In this document: piece after piece, positions 1 to 9,735 of the stretch
Position numbering within the stretch: position 1 is the first letter of the stretch
Layout: every line of letters begins with the position of its first letter
DNA from: a bacterium
GTDB taxonomy: Bacteria; Hinthialibacterota; Hinthialibacteria; Hinthialibacterales; Hinthialibacteraceae
DNA length: 64,000 bases
NCBI GenBank assembly: GCA_963662285.2
Contig: CAXXMV010000001.1
Location: 480,001-544,000 of the forward strand
Direction of reading: 5' to 3'
Notes under the pieces: generated by a model
Seen by the model: the letters and a program-made list of their open reading frames with translations, nothing else
The model's database searches: none
Told to the model about the DNA's origin: nothing
Translations under genes and position numbers: made by a program

Positions 1-1893
1 TCCGCCCACCCGGTATACTTTTAATGTGGAGCCATAGATGGCATCAGCGGCATAGCTGAACGCCATAATCAGCAAGACGAAGAAAACCCAGTAGAATGTT
101 CGATATGAATGCAGGGTCTCTTTTTTTCTGAGGCTTAACCAATTTGCCAGAAACAACGTAAAAGCCACGGTTCCACTAATTAGCAAGATGAAACTATACC
201 AAAAAGTTTCTATGGAAATATCTGTGATTGATGCAAATGGCGTAATCTGGGCGGTTAATAAATCGAGCCGCGCAAACGAATAGACAAATAACGCTCCAAA
301 GGATAATCCTGATAAACAGTATATTGGTATAGAAATCAGACTATGCTTAATCAAAGGCAATAGAGGAATAATCCCGGTCCGTGATAACAGAAATCGATGA
401 TTACGGAGCGTTTGAAAAGATATAAAGAGCGCCGCCGCTAAAAAGGAAAGAGGCCCTACTAAAAATACGCGAGTAATCTCACTGACAATCTCTTGATAAG
501 TATAATGTTCGATACTTACTGATTCAGGAAAAATAAACGCCAGATTGACCAATCCCATCAAAGCGCCAAAGAGGATGGCGAACTGGAAACCGATAGAGAT
601 ATGGTCGGTGTAATCCTGTGGATTCATCCATTGAGCGAAATGAGAATATAGTTTCTGGGCGGTGCGCTCCACGATGCCGCGACCACGAACGTTAAATGAA
701 ATATCAGAAGGTATATAGGCGCGAAGACTACCCCAGGATGGTTTGGAACTATGCTCCAGGTTACGCAGCCGTTTACGCGCCGCTTTGCTGGCCGTGATTA
801 GATTAGGTGGAACATGTGGAGTCTGTAGGGATTGATCGATGCAAAGCGATTGATAAAAACTATCTGCTGCATGAATCAATTTTGAATCATCGTAGATATC
901 AGCGTGATATCCCAGGACGCACATGCCCAGATCGTGTAAACCCGATGCGAAACCGGCGGAATAGCGTCCCCGGCTGGACGAACTGCACGCATTCAAAAAA
1001 AGCATGGGCGGTAGTTTATTCGATTCTTCGGCGTCACGAACCGACATGAACATCTTTCGTAAGCGGGTAACGGAAACATAGTCTATTCGCCCATCATCAG
1101 TTTCAAAGCAAAGACAGGGTTCATCATCGTAAATTACGCCATGACCAATAAAATGGATAATATGAAAGCGGTCAGTGCCGCTTTGCATCAGGCAATCTTC
1201 CAATTCGTGGAAAGTAGTCACGCCGCAGGGATACCGCTTATGACGCTGTGGATCAACCAGGATCAAACCATGAGTTCTCTCTTGCAGCGAAAACATGGTT
1301 TTAGCTTCCTCGCATCCCAGAGGCAGCTGCGCAAGACCGACGCCGTCAGTTTTATCCTTATCCGCGAATATAAAAGGAGTTACCAGCAGTATGCGCCACG
1401 ATGAGACGTCTATGGTCTGTGGCGGACTAGGAAAAGTTTCAATGGGATGCGAACGTATAATCTGTACTGCGTATCTCCAAGTAATGAAACCTTCGCCATC
1501 ATGCAATAGTTCCCAGGGCAGGTCTTCTAATGTCAGACAGATTTCTGCATTCTGTTGGTTGGGAGTGGGAAAGTGCAGGTAAAGTATTCGATCAATTGAG
1601 TCATCCGCACGGTTGGCGAAGGTTCTGATCAGGGATGATTGCGCTTCTTTGCCTAAAAAATCATATAAACGGCGCCCCGTCTCAACTGTTTTGGCGGTAA
1701 TGTCGTGCGGCCAACCTCCATTAGCGCCGCTTGCGCCAACGCCGATAGTCAGGCCGCCGGCATCAGTAAAGCGTTTGGTGGGCCACGGTAGACGCAGTTC
1801 AACATGCTTGCCGATCTGATAATAAAAATCGACAACCAGTTCGCCCCTTTCTTCACGGGGCTCGCCAAAACTCCACCACAATCCACGCGCCAT
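1..1893 (-). CDS. CHAT-domain (caspase-like) cysteine protease with C-terminal multi-pass membrane region, 3'-truncated by the window edge
   Basis: Manual translation from ATG at 1893 (MARGLWWSFGEP...) is open to position 1 (631 codons) and is not in the ORF track. CHAT motifs are LEDLPWELLHDGEGF, FHIIHFIGHG (His) and MLFLNACSS (Cys). At least 5 hydrophobic segments follow, e.g. FWYSFILLISGTVAFTLFL and FYWVFFVLLIMAFSY. Confidence 0.85.
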   Translation of the reverse strand, partial: MARGLWWSFGEPREERGELVVDFYYQIGKHVELRLPWPTKRFTDAGGLTIGVGASGANGGWPHDITAKTVETGRRLYDFLGKEAQSSLIRTFANRADDSIDRILYLHFPTPNQQNAEICLTLEDLPWELLHDGEGFITWRYAVQIIRSHPIETFPSPPQTIDVSSWRILLVTPFIFADKDKTDGVGLAQLPLGCEEAKTMFSLQERTHGLILVDPQRHKRYPCGVTTFHELEDCLMQSGTDRFHIIHFIGHGVIYDDEPCLCFETDDGRIDYVSVTRLRKMFMSVRDAEESNKLPPMLFLNACSSSSRGRYSAGFASGLHDLGMCVLGYHADIYDDSKLIHAADSFYQSLCIDQSLQTPHVPPNLITASKAARKRLRNLEHSSKPSWGSLRAYIPSDISFNVRGRGIVERTAQKLYSHFAQWMNPQDYTDHISIGFQFAILFGALMGLVNLAFIFPESVSIEHYTYQEIVSEITRVFLVGPLSFLAAALFISFQTLRNHRFLLSRTGIIPLLPLIKHSLISIPIYCLSGLSFGALFVYSFARLDLLTAQITPFASITDISIETFWYSFILLISGTVAFTLFLANWLSLRKKETLHSYRTFYWVFFVLLIMAFSYAADAIYGSTLKVYRVGG

Positions 1894-2155
1894 AGATTTT
1901 TCTCAAAGATGAAGATCATTAATCGCTTCATTTTACATAGAGTTTGTCAGAAGGATAGCGTTTTGAACGGTTTGAGAGTTAATCCAGAATATTAACGAGA
2001 TTCCATTTAGTCAAATATTAGTTTTCTCAAAAATTTAAACTGGATTTAATATTATTGTCTGAGGAGAAGACAAGCATTTATTCTAGCCATATAATGATCA
2101 ATAGCGATTAAAGGAGTATGAATGATTTAATTGCCAGCAGGAAGGTATTAGGATC

Positions 2156-4306
2156 ATGAAAAACATTAATCTACAACAACGACATCAACTCGCCATCGCG
2201 TTTTTAGTGATTATCTTTACAAATTTCGCCTCAGCCGAAGCGGTTCGTGAATTCACTCCAAGCGTAGCCAGAATATCGTATCTGGAAGGTTCAGTAACCA
2301 CCCAGCGCACCGCCGATGAAGATTGGACCGATGCCGCCTTAAATCTACCCTTGATGGTCGGAGATAAAATATATACCGGCGTCAACGGGCAGGTTGAACT
2401 GGAACTGGAAGACGAGGTTGTCGTCCGTCTTGGCGGCGACACTTATATTCATTTCGCCAATTTGGAAGACAATTTGACTCGAATCGGAATATTGAAGGGA
2501 ACCATGGCGATTAATTCCAGCGCAGTCTCGTTTGCACGCGCTCCGATAGAAGTGCAAGCCAACGGTTTTATCGCCATCACCAAAGACTGGAGCAAGACTC
2601 GGTATAATATTGCTGAAAACGGCGATTCGCAAATCCTGGTGCGTAGAGGATTTATGGATGTCGTACAGGGCGATAGCGTAGAACACCTCCAGCGAGGCGA
2701 TCAAATTCGCATAACAGGTCCTGATGCCAGAGCCTTTGAAAAGATCAACCGGGAAGACGGATTTGATCAATGGTGCGACTTGCGGGACGCAATGCAGGCG
2801 GCCAGCATTAGCCGAAACCACATCAGCAGCCGCGTGGCGGGCTACAGTGATTTAGACCGTAATGGAGAATGGATCGAAATCCCGGAATATGGCACAGTAT
2901 GGCGCCCTACAATGGTTGTCAAAGAATGGGCGCCATATCGCGATGGCCGTTGGGTATGGTATGACAGCTGCGGTTGGACCTGGGTATCATATGAACCTTG
3001 GGGCTGGGCGCCATATCACTATGGCCGCTGGGTATATGTGAATAATTACCGTTGGTGCTGGACGCCTCATGCGGAAGTAGTGCATGTAGTGCATCATCGC
3101 GTGCGCCCGGTCTGGCATCCGGCGCTGGTCTCTTTCACTTACGCCAGAAAAGGCAGCTATTTCAATCTAAGCATAGGCGGAAGCCGCCGCCACTGGGATG
3201 ATCCATGCATTGGCTGGTTCGCCCTGGGGCCTCGCGATCCTTATATCCCCTGGCATAGACGGCATGACAGAGGTAATGACAGAGGTAATGGAAATAATAT
3301 CATTAACGGTCATGGCAACAGGATAGAGAACAACACATACATAACCAATAACACATATATCTACCAAAACCAGGATGCGCCTAATTCGGTGACAGTAGTT
3401 AAAGAAAATGAGTTTGCCAGCAAAACTCCTGGGACGCGCGCCATTGCGCAAATAAAACCTTCAAGAGGCAAAGAGGTTATCGTGGGCAGCGCGGCTATTC
3501 AGAGAGTTGAGCAAAATCGCATCACGCCAACCAGAGCCAAAAGAGAGACTGGATCAGCTGAAGATTATCAACTGGCGGTAAAGGCTTCGAACAATACTGC
3601 GACATCGACGCCTCGTGCAGCGCGGCCAACCAAAGACGATCAAAACCGACTTCCGGAAACTGTTGCGCCTGGTAATAGAACAACTACAACAGCGGCAAGA
3701 ACTGAACCAAGCCGCACTACTCCGGCTCGAAGCAATACGGAAACGAGACGGACGACAACTCCGACCACCGCTCCGACATCGACCCGTGAGACTCCAGAGC
3801 GGCGTAGTTTGATTCAGGATCGCCCGGTAAGCCAAAGCGCCGAGACGCAAACAACTCGTCAGACCAGCAGCCCGGCTAGAACTTCGACAGCCCGAACAAC
3901 TCAGCAGCAAACTACTCAACCTGCGCGTTCGCAAAACAGCGCTGGCATAGAACGCATCATGACGACTCATCCAGCTCGCGAGACCACTAGTCCACAGAGC
4001 AGTAGTAGTTACCAAAGACAATCTGTGACTTCGCCGACGAGGGATAGTTACAGACCGAGCGTAACTACGCCGCAGAGGGAAAGTTACAACCCAAGCAGCG
4101 TTAATGCACCTCAGCGTTCGTATTCGCCAACCAGGACGACGCCCATAACCACCAGACCTGGCGCAACTTATCAATCAAGCGCTCCTCGCACCAACCGCAC
4201 GCAGGGATATTCGGCGCCGCAGTCGACTTCGAATCAACGCAGCAGCGCGACGAGCCAGCCAAGAAGCACTAGATCCAATTCGCGCACATCGTCTAAACGC
4301 CGCTAG
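2156..4306 (+). CDS. Secreted FecR-domain / DUF6600-like protein with long S/T/R/P/Q low-complexity tail
   Basis: Signal peptide; ARISYLEGSV...NLPLMVGDKIYTG FecR-like start; WAPYRDGRWVW...GWTWVSYEPWGWAPYHYGRW Trp-rich motif; disordered C-terminal ~250 aa. Confidence 0.8.
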   Translation: MKNINLQQRHQLAIAFLVIIFTNFASAEAVREFTPSVARISYLEGSVTTQRTADEDWTDAALNLPLMVGDKIYTGVNGQVELELEDEVVVRLGGDTYIHFANLEDNLTRIGILKGTMAINSSAVSFARAPIEVQANGFIAITKDWSKTRYNIAENGDSQILVRRGFMDVVQGDSVEHLQRGDQIRITGPDARAFEKINREDGFDQWCDLRDAMQAASISRNHISSRVAGYSDLDRNGEWIEIPEYGTVWRPTMVVKEWAPYRDGRWVWYDSCGWTWVSYEPWGWAPYHYGRWVYVNNYRWCWTPHAEVVHVVHHRVRPVWHPALVSFTYARKGSYFNLSIGGSRRHWDDPCIGWFALGPRDPYIPWHRRHDRGNDRGNGNNIINGHGNRIENNTYITNNTYIYQNQDAPNSVTVVKENEFASKTPGTRAIAQIKPSRGKEVIVGSAAIQRVEQNRITPTRAKRETGSAEDYQLAVKASNNTATSTPRAARPTKDDQNRLPETVAPGNRTTTTAARTEPSRTTPARSNTETRRTTTPTTAPTSTRETPERRSLIQDRPVSQSAETQTTRQTSSPARTSTARTTQQQTTQPARSQNSAGIERIMTTHPARETTSPQSSSSYQRQSVTSPTRDSYRPSVTTPQRESYNPSSVNAPQRSYSPTRTTPITTRPGATYQSSAPRTNRTQGYSAPQSTSNQRSSATSQPRSTRSNSRTSSKRR

Positions 4307-4336
4307 GTGGATGATATATTAACATTCATTTTAGCG

Positions 4337-4416
4337 TTCGGGAAAAGCCAGAAAAGATTGGCTTTTCCCGAGACTAAAGGCAATAATAAACGAATAGATT
4401 TTTGACAACCGCTCTA
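4337..4416 (+). repeat. Dispersed ~80-bp hairpin-plus-tail element, copy 1 (copy 2 at 59322-59401)
   Basis: Stem TCGGGAAAAGCCA/TGGCTTTTCCCGA with loop GAAAAGAT, then GACTAAAGGCAATAATAAACGAATAGATTTTTGACAACCGCTCTA, closely matching copy 2. Confidence 0.8.
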
Positions 4417-4441
4417 GGCGGATGATGTTATATAATATATG

Positions 4442-4476
4442 GAAGGCCGTAGGGATTATTAATCCTGCGGCCTTTC
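4442..4476. terminator. Inverted repeat, probable terminator or REP-like hairpin
   Basis: GAAGGCCGTAGG...CCTGCGGCCTTTC between the FecR-like gene and the oxidoreductase. Confidence 0.5.
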
Positions 4477-4597
4477 TGCTTTTGGGAGATAGTTCAGAAA
4501 AATATCGCATCGTGTTTCATATCCCCAATCTATACACCCAGTATCGCATGTTCTAATATGAAGAAGATGCATCCAATCCAAATTAACGAGGTGCGCT

Positions 4598-5908
4598 ATG
4601 ACTGCTGATCATAAAATAAACCGCCGCAATTTCTCTAAAATAACCGCCGCTGGTCTGGCTGCCGTCGCTCCTGCAATCAATGTTTTAGGGGTTAACGATA
4701 AAATCCAGTTAGGTTTTATCGGCCAAGGCGGACGCGGCAGCCACCATTTCCGCCAGTTCAAGAATAATGACCAGGTAAAGATCGTCTCCCTGAGCGACGC
4801 CTATCTTCCCCATGTGGAAAAGAACGCTGAACAACTAAATCATTCTGTGCAGAAAACGCAGGATTTCCGCGAGACATTGGATAACAAGGATGTAGATGCA
4901 GTAGTTATTGCATCGCCGGATCACTGGCATGCGCTGCAGGCTATTATGGCTTGTCAGGCGGGTAAAGACGTCTACGTCGAAAAGCCCATGAGCCGCACCG
5001 TGCTCGAAGGCCGCCGCTTGATTGAAGCCGCCGATAAATATAAACGGGTGGTACAGGTCGGGCAGCAGCAACGTAGTTCCGCTCAGTTCGCCCAAGCCGC
5101 CCAAATGGTTCGCGATGGAGAGATCGGCAATGTCACTGCTGCGCGTTGCATTAACATCTGGAATATCGACGGCTACCTCAGCCCCAAGGGGAAGCATGGC
5201 ATCGGGGTATATGAAGACAGCACGCCGCCTGAAGGCCTGGACTATAACATGTGGTTGGGACCGGCGCCAGAACGGCCTTTCAACCAAAACCATTTTCTAC
5301 GCAATTTCTATTTCTATCTCGACTATTCCGGCGGAATGCTAACCGCATGGGGCGTGCATTTGTTCGATATCGTCATGTGGGCTATGGGGCCAAAAATGAA
5401 ATCCGCAGCCCTGATCGGCGGCAAGTACGCCCACGACGATGACCGCGATACGCCCGACACCGCTGAAGTCATTTGGGATACGCCGGGATATGCGTTCTCT
5501 TATACCATGCGCCATGGCAATGGTTTCCCTTACGAAATGGAATGCGACGGCATTGATCACGGCATCTATTTTTATGGCGATAAAGCGACCATCCTGGTTA
5601 ACCGGCGCTATTTGAAGATTTACCCTGAAAACGACCGCAAAAATCCCACCGTTATTTCAGGCATAGACGGTGACTTAGGTCATAAACAGAATTGGCTCGA
5701 TTGCATCCGTTCACGCAAAGATACTGTATGCCCCGCCCGCGTCGGTCATGAAGCCAATCTTCCCGGACTGCTGGCGCTTATCTCATGGCAAGTGGGACGT
5801 GAAATCAAGTGGGATTACGAGAAAGAGCAAATACGCGGCGACCGGGAAGCCAGCCGTCTGCTGACCCGCATATACCGAAAACCCTGGACATTGCCTAAGA
5901 TAATCTAA
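4598..5908 (+). CDS. Tat-exported Gfo/Idh/MocA family oxidoreductase
   Basis: NRRNFSK twin-arginine signal, GFIGQGGRG Rossmann motif, ASPDHWH, YVEKP, WGVHLFD. Confidence 0.9.
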   Translation: MTADHKINRRNFSKITAAGLAAVAPAINVLGVNDKIQLGFIGQGGRGSHHFRQFKNNDQVKIVSLSDAYLPHVEKNAEQLNHSVQKTQDFRETLDNKDVDAVVIASPDHWHALQAIMACQAGKDVYVEKPMSRTVLEGRRLIEAADKYKRVVQVGQQQRSSAQFAQAAQMVRDGEIGNVTAARCINIWNIDGYLSPKGKHGIGVYEDSTPPEGLDYNMWLGPAPERPFNQNHFLRNFYFYLDYSGGMLTAWGVHLFDIVMWAMGPKMKSAALIGGKYAHDDDRDTPDTAEVIWDTPGYAFSYTMRHGNGFPYEMECDGIDHGIYFYGDKATILVNRRYLKIYPENDRKNPTVISGIDGDLGHKQNWLDCIRSRKDTVCPARVGHEANLPGLLALISWQVGREIKWDYEKEQIRGDREASRLLTRIYRKPWTLPKII

Positions 5909-5946
5909 ATATAACGCTTATAAGAATTACCTAAATATGAGATCAT

Positions 5947-5969
5947 CAGGGGGCGAATTAAGCCCCCTG
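5947..5969 (+). terminator. Intrinsic terminator-like hairpin
   Basis: CAGGGGGC-GAATTAA-GCCCCCTG just after the stop at 5908. Confidence 0.55.
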
Positions 5970-6013
5970 CCATTTTAGATCAGAAAAAAAACCGATAAAC
6001 GGTGGAAAATATC

Positions 6014-7153
6014 ATGCAAAAGATAATCAAAAAAAACAATCATTTTACGAGTTTTTCACTTTTACTGTTTGTCATTTTAATTGGGATGGCTCCCCTTTAT
6101 TGCGGAGCGGAGATTCAAAAATCGACCTATGGCGCTTTGCCGGATGGGACGCAGGTTGATTTATACACCCTGACCAACGCGCATGGACTGGAAGCGAAAA
6201 TCATGACCTATGGCGCAACATTGATTTCCGTAAAAACGCCCGACCGTCATGGCAACCTGGATAACATCACATTACATCTCGACTCATTAGGCGACTACCT
6301 CAAAGGACATCCCCTGTTCGGTTCAACCGTCGGCCGGTTCGCCAACCGCATTGGCGGCGCCAAATTCACTATTGATGGCATAGAATATAAGATCACCCCG
6401 AATGCAGGTAAAAACCATATTCATGGCGGAAATAAATCATTCCATAAACTCATCTGGAAAGCGTCGCCTATTGCTGATGGCAGCATCAACGGGATTGATT
6501 TCACCCATATCAGCCCGGACGGAACGGAAGGCTATCCGGGAACCCTGAAAGTAACCGCCCGATACCAAATAACCAACGATGATAAATTGATCCTGAAATA
6601 CAAGGCCGAAACCGACAAGCCGACAGTACTAACTCTGACCAATCACGTTTATTGGAACCTGGGCGGCGCCGGATCGGGCGATGTGCTCAATCATCAATTG
6701 ACGCTATATTCGGATCGTTATCTCGCCTACGACCAAGACAAAATACCTACTGGAGAGATACTGCCGGTTAAGAATACGGCAATGGATTTCACCTCTCCGA
6801 TGACCATCGGCTCACGCATTGATCAGATCAGCGAACAGAATTATGACCATTGTTATGTGGTTCGCCATAAAGATGGCCAGGAATTATCACATATCGCAAC
6901 TGCGTATAATAAAGAGAGCGGTCGAATGATGGATGTCTATACCACTCAACCGGGCTTCCAATTCTACACAGCCAGGCATCTGAGCGAACGATATAAAGCA
7001 GGCGGCAAATCATACGCGCCCTACCATGGTTTTTGTCTGGAAACCCAGAATTTTCCCAACGCTCCCAACATACCGGACTTTCCATCAAGCGTGCTGCGCC
7101 CTGAAGAGAAATATGAACATACTACTATTTACCAGTTTGCTGTTCAAAAATAA
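6014..7153 (+). CDS. galM: Aldose 1-epimerase (galactose mutarotase) with N-terminal signal sequence
   Basis: GRFANRI, HIHGG, LTNHVYWNL, YDHCY, FCLETQNFP motifs. ATG 6014 is preferred over GTG 6002. Confidence 0.9.
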   Translation: MQKIIKKNNHFTSFSLLLFVILIGMAPLYCGAEIQKSTYGALPDGTQVDLYTLTNAHGLEAKIMTYGATLISVKTPDRHGNLDNITLHLDSLGDYLKGHPLFGSTVGRFANRIGGAKFTIDGIEYKITPNAGKNHIHGGNKSFHKLIWKASPIADGSINGIDFTHISPDGTEGYPGTLKVTARYQITNDDKLILKYKAETDKPTVLTLTNHVYWNLGGAGSGDVLNHQLTLYSDRYLAYDQDKIPTGEILPVKNTAMDFTSPMTIGSRIDQISEQNYDHCYVVRHKDGQELSHIATAYNKESGRMMDVYTTQPGFQFYTARHLSERYKAGGKSYAPYHGFCLETQNFPNAPNIPDFPSSVLRPEEKYEHTTIYQFAVQK

Positions 7154-7164
7154 ATCGCAAACAA

Positions 7165-8265
7165 ATGGAGACCACAATGAAATATTTATCCAAACTAATC
7201 TATCTACATTTGGCGTTGTTAATTGTTTTCGGGATATCGGGTAATAGCGCCCAGGCTTCTGATCAAGCGGTTTTTCCTGCGCAAGAGTGGGAAACGCGAA
7301 CACCGGAATCGGTCGGCATGGATATTACAAAACTGGACGCCCTACGCGACTATGCCGGCGGGCGCGGCTGCGTGGTGCGGCATGGGTACATGGTTTATTC
7401 GTGGGGCGACCAAGGTAAAAGCAGGGATGTAGCCTCTGCATTCAAGCCGGTGCTGAGCACCCTGCTCTGCTTCGCTATACAAGAAGGCAAACTCAAAAAT
7501 CCTGATCAACCTGTATCCGATTTTGAGCCGCGATTAAAACAGATCAATAATGGCAAAGACGCCGCTATGACATGGCGGCATCTGGCCTCGCAGACCGCCG
7601 CTTACGGCTGGGCTGAAAAACCGGGTACAGTGTGGGCTTACAACGATTACGCCCTGGCTTTGTATTATGATACCCTGATGGATAAGGTATTCAAAAAACA
7701 GGCTGATGTTGTACTAAAAGAATACTTGGGCGAGCCGCTGCAATTTCAAGACAAATACACATTTGAGGCTTTTGGACCGAAAAACCGCCCTGGACGCCTG
7801 GCGCTGTCGGTGCGCGACTTCGCCCGTTTCGGGCTTTTTATTCAACGCAAGGGTCAGTGGCGCGGCGAACAATTATTGCAGGCAAAGTATATCGAGATGA
7901 TGCTGAACAGCATCGTTCCCGTCGATACTCCAGGCGTCAGCGGCGAAGAGGCGGATATGATTCCCGGCCAGCGTTCGATTGGCGGAAACAAGAATATTAC
8001 GCCCATCGGTCCGGGATACTACAGTTTCAACTGGTGGCTGAATCAGACGAATAAAGACGGAAAGCGTTTATACGTTGACGCCCCGGCTGATACTTTCGTG
8101 GCCAGCGGGCATGGCGGCCCGCGCGCTTGCTGGATTTTCCCCGGCCTTGATCTGATTGTTTCGTGGAATGACGCCAATATTCAAGATCACGACGCCAGCC
8201 CAGGAAATGCAGAATCAAAGCATAATCAGGCTTTAATCCTGATCAAAGAATCTATAGTGAAATAG
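7165..8265 (+). CDS. Secreted serine hydrolase, beta-lactamase/AmpC-like family
   Basis: SAFK (SxxK), WAYN (YxN), RDFARFG, ASGHGG; signal peptide. Confidence 0.85.
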   Translation: METTMKYLSKLIYLHLALLIVFGISGNSAQASDQAVFPAQEWETRTPESVGMDITKLDALRDYAGGRGCVVRHGYMVYSWGDQGKSRDVASAFKPVLSTLLCFAIQEGKLKNPDQPVSDFEPRLKQINNGKDAAMTWRHLASQTAAYGWAEKPGTVWAYNDYALALYYDTLMDKVFKKQADVVLKEYLGEPLQFQDKYTFEAFGPKNRPGRLALSVRDFARFGLFIQRKGQWRGEQLLQAKYIEMMLNSIVPVDTPGVSGEEADMIPGQRSIGGNKNITPIGPGYYSFNWWLNQTNKDGKRLYVDAPADTFVASGHGGPRACWIFPGLDLIVSWNDANIQDHDASPGNAESKHNQALILIKESIVK

Positions 8266-8356
8266 TTACAGTTAATATTGAGGTTACAGTTCAGCCACAT
8301 GAAATTATAACTATAGAATTATAACGACAATTGAAAAATTAACGGTTATAGAAAAC

Positions 8357-8528
8357 AACCCCCTCTTGAATTCTCCCCCATGCATGGGGGAGAGGGTTTT
8401 TGATATATAACCACTTGTATCGTATAGGCTTAGTCATGCAAGATACTTTGGTCACACATTCCTCTCCCAAGATTGGGATAGGTTAGGAGAGGTTTGATAA
8501 CGATCACCCTTGCAAAGGAATATCCAAC
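8357..8528. repeat. boxC/REP-like C-rich/G-rich palindromic repeats (two units)
   Basis: CTCCCCCATGCATGGGGGAG at ~8373-8392. The stretch 8455-8528 (ACATTCCTCTCCCAAGATTGGGATAGGTTAGGAGAGG...) is nearly identical to 38619-38695. Confidence 0.75.
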
Positions 8529-8623
8529 GATGTTACTAGTAATTAATCCAAACAAAACTTGGGGGTGAAGATTAGAGGTTTGGGGGGTGGATAACAAACT
8601 TAAATTGACTGAACTATTACCAA

Positions 8624-9670
8624 ATGAGGATAATAATCATGCTAATATTTCTAAACCACAAAACATTTCATTGGATCGCAGCGGCCTTTATATTTGCGTT
8701 TTTTATGAATGCCTGCCAGCAAGTATCCACCCGCAGCGTTGATCAAATTGCATCCGGCAAAACTAATATATCCATCAGAGATAACCAATGGCGCATCAAT
8801 AGCGCACTGACCTATCCGGGAACCAAGGCTGAAGGTTTGCTGATGAACCTGCGCATGGTGAATTCTACATTTGAAGATAAAAACCGCCCTGAATTTGACT
8901 CTGATTTGAATACCAAGCGATTCATAGCAGCCATACCGCAATATGTAGAACAAGGCGCCCGCGCTTTTACCTTTAACTTACAGGGCGGTATGCCCGGCTA
9001 TGAGGGCGCCGTAAATTCAGCCTTCAATCCTGATGGGACGTTGCGCCAGGCATATATGCAAAGAATCAAGCGAGTCATCCAAGCCTGCGACGATCATGGT
9101 TGCGCGGTCATCCTGGGATGCTTCTACCAACGTCAGGATCAAATACTGAAGGATGAAACTGCTATACGAAACGGCGTAATCAATACCGTTAAGTGGATAA
9201 AAGATTCGGGATTTAAGAATATATTGCTGGAAATCGCCAACGAATTCTCTCATGGCGGATTCGATCATTCATTGTTAAAGAGTCCAGAGGGCGAGGTTGA
9301 ATTAATCAAACTGGCCAAGAGCATTGATCCCGGACTCTTGGTTTCCACCAGTGGTTTAGGCGATGGCAAAAGCCATCGCTCCGTAGCAGAAGCCTGTGAT
9401 TATATCCTGATCCATTTCAATGGAACTCCAGTAAATGATATTCCCAAGAGAGTTCAAACACTGAAAAAATATGGCAAACCTATTGTCTGCAATGAAGATG
9501 ACAAAATCGGCCAAAGCGCCGCCGATGCCGCAACGGCAAGCGTCCTGAATGGAATTTCTTGGGGATACATGAATAAGGAAGTTAACCAATATACCCCCTT
9601 CGTCTTTGATGGAGTAAACGATGACCCCGTTATGTATAAGACGCTTAAACAACTTACCTCTGAAAAATAA
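8624..9670 (+). CDS. Putative lipoprotein, clan GH-A-like TIM-barrel glycoside hydrolase
   Basis: Lipobox-like FMNAC; LEIANE (acid/base-like) and PIVCNED (nucleophile-like) motifs. Confidence 0.6.
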   Translation: MRIIIMLIFLNHKTFHWIAAAFIFAFFMNACQQVSTRSVDQIASGKTNISIRDNQWRINSALTYPGTKAEGLLMNLRMVNSTFEDKNRPEFDSDLNTKRFIAAIPQYVEQGARAFTFNLQGGMPGYEGAVNSAFNPDGTLRQAYMQRIKRVIQACDDHGCAVILGCFYQRQDQILKDETAIRNGVINTVKWIKDSGFKNILLEIANEFSHGGFDHSLLKSPEGEVELIKLAKSIDPGLLVSTSGLGDGKSHRSVAEACDYILIHFNGTPVNDIPKRVQTLKKYGKPIVCNEDDKIGQSAADAATASVLNGISWGYMNKEVNQYTPFVFDGVNDDPVMYKTLKQLTSEK

Positions 9671-9735
9671 TAAAACGGGCGTTAAAAGCAATGTCTTTTA
9701 TTTCTGCTCTTGGCGCCCCGCTATATTAAATATCC

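Noticed and set aside
807-1995. Short plus-strand ORFs and 1749-1931(-) in the ORF track
   Set aside because: Shadows of the long minus-strand CHAT gene (1-1893).
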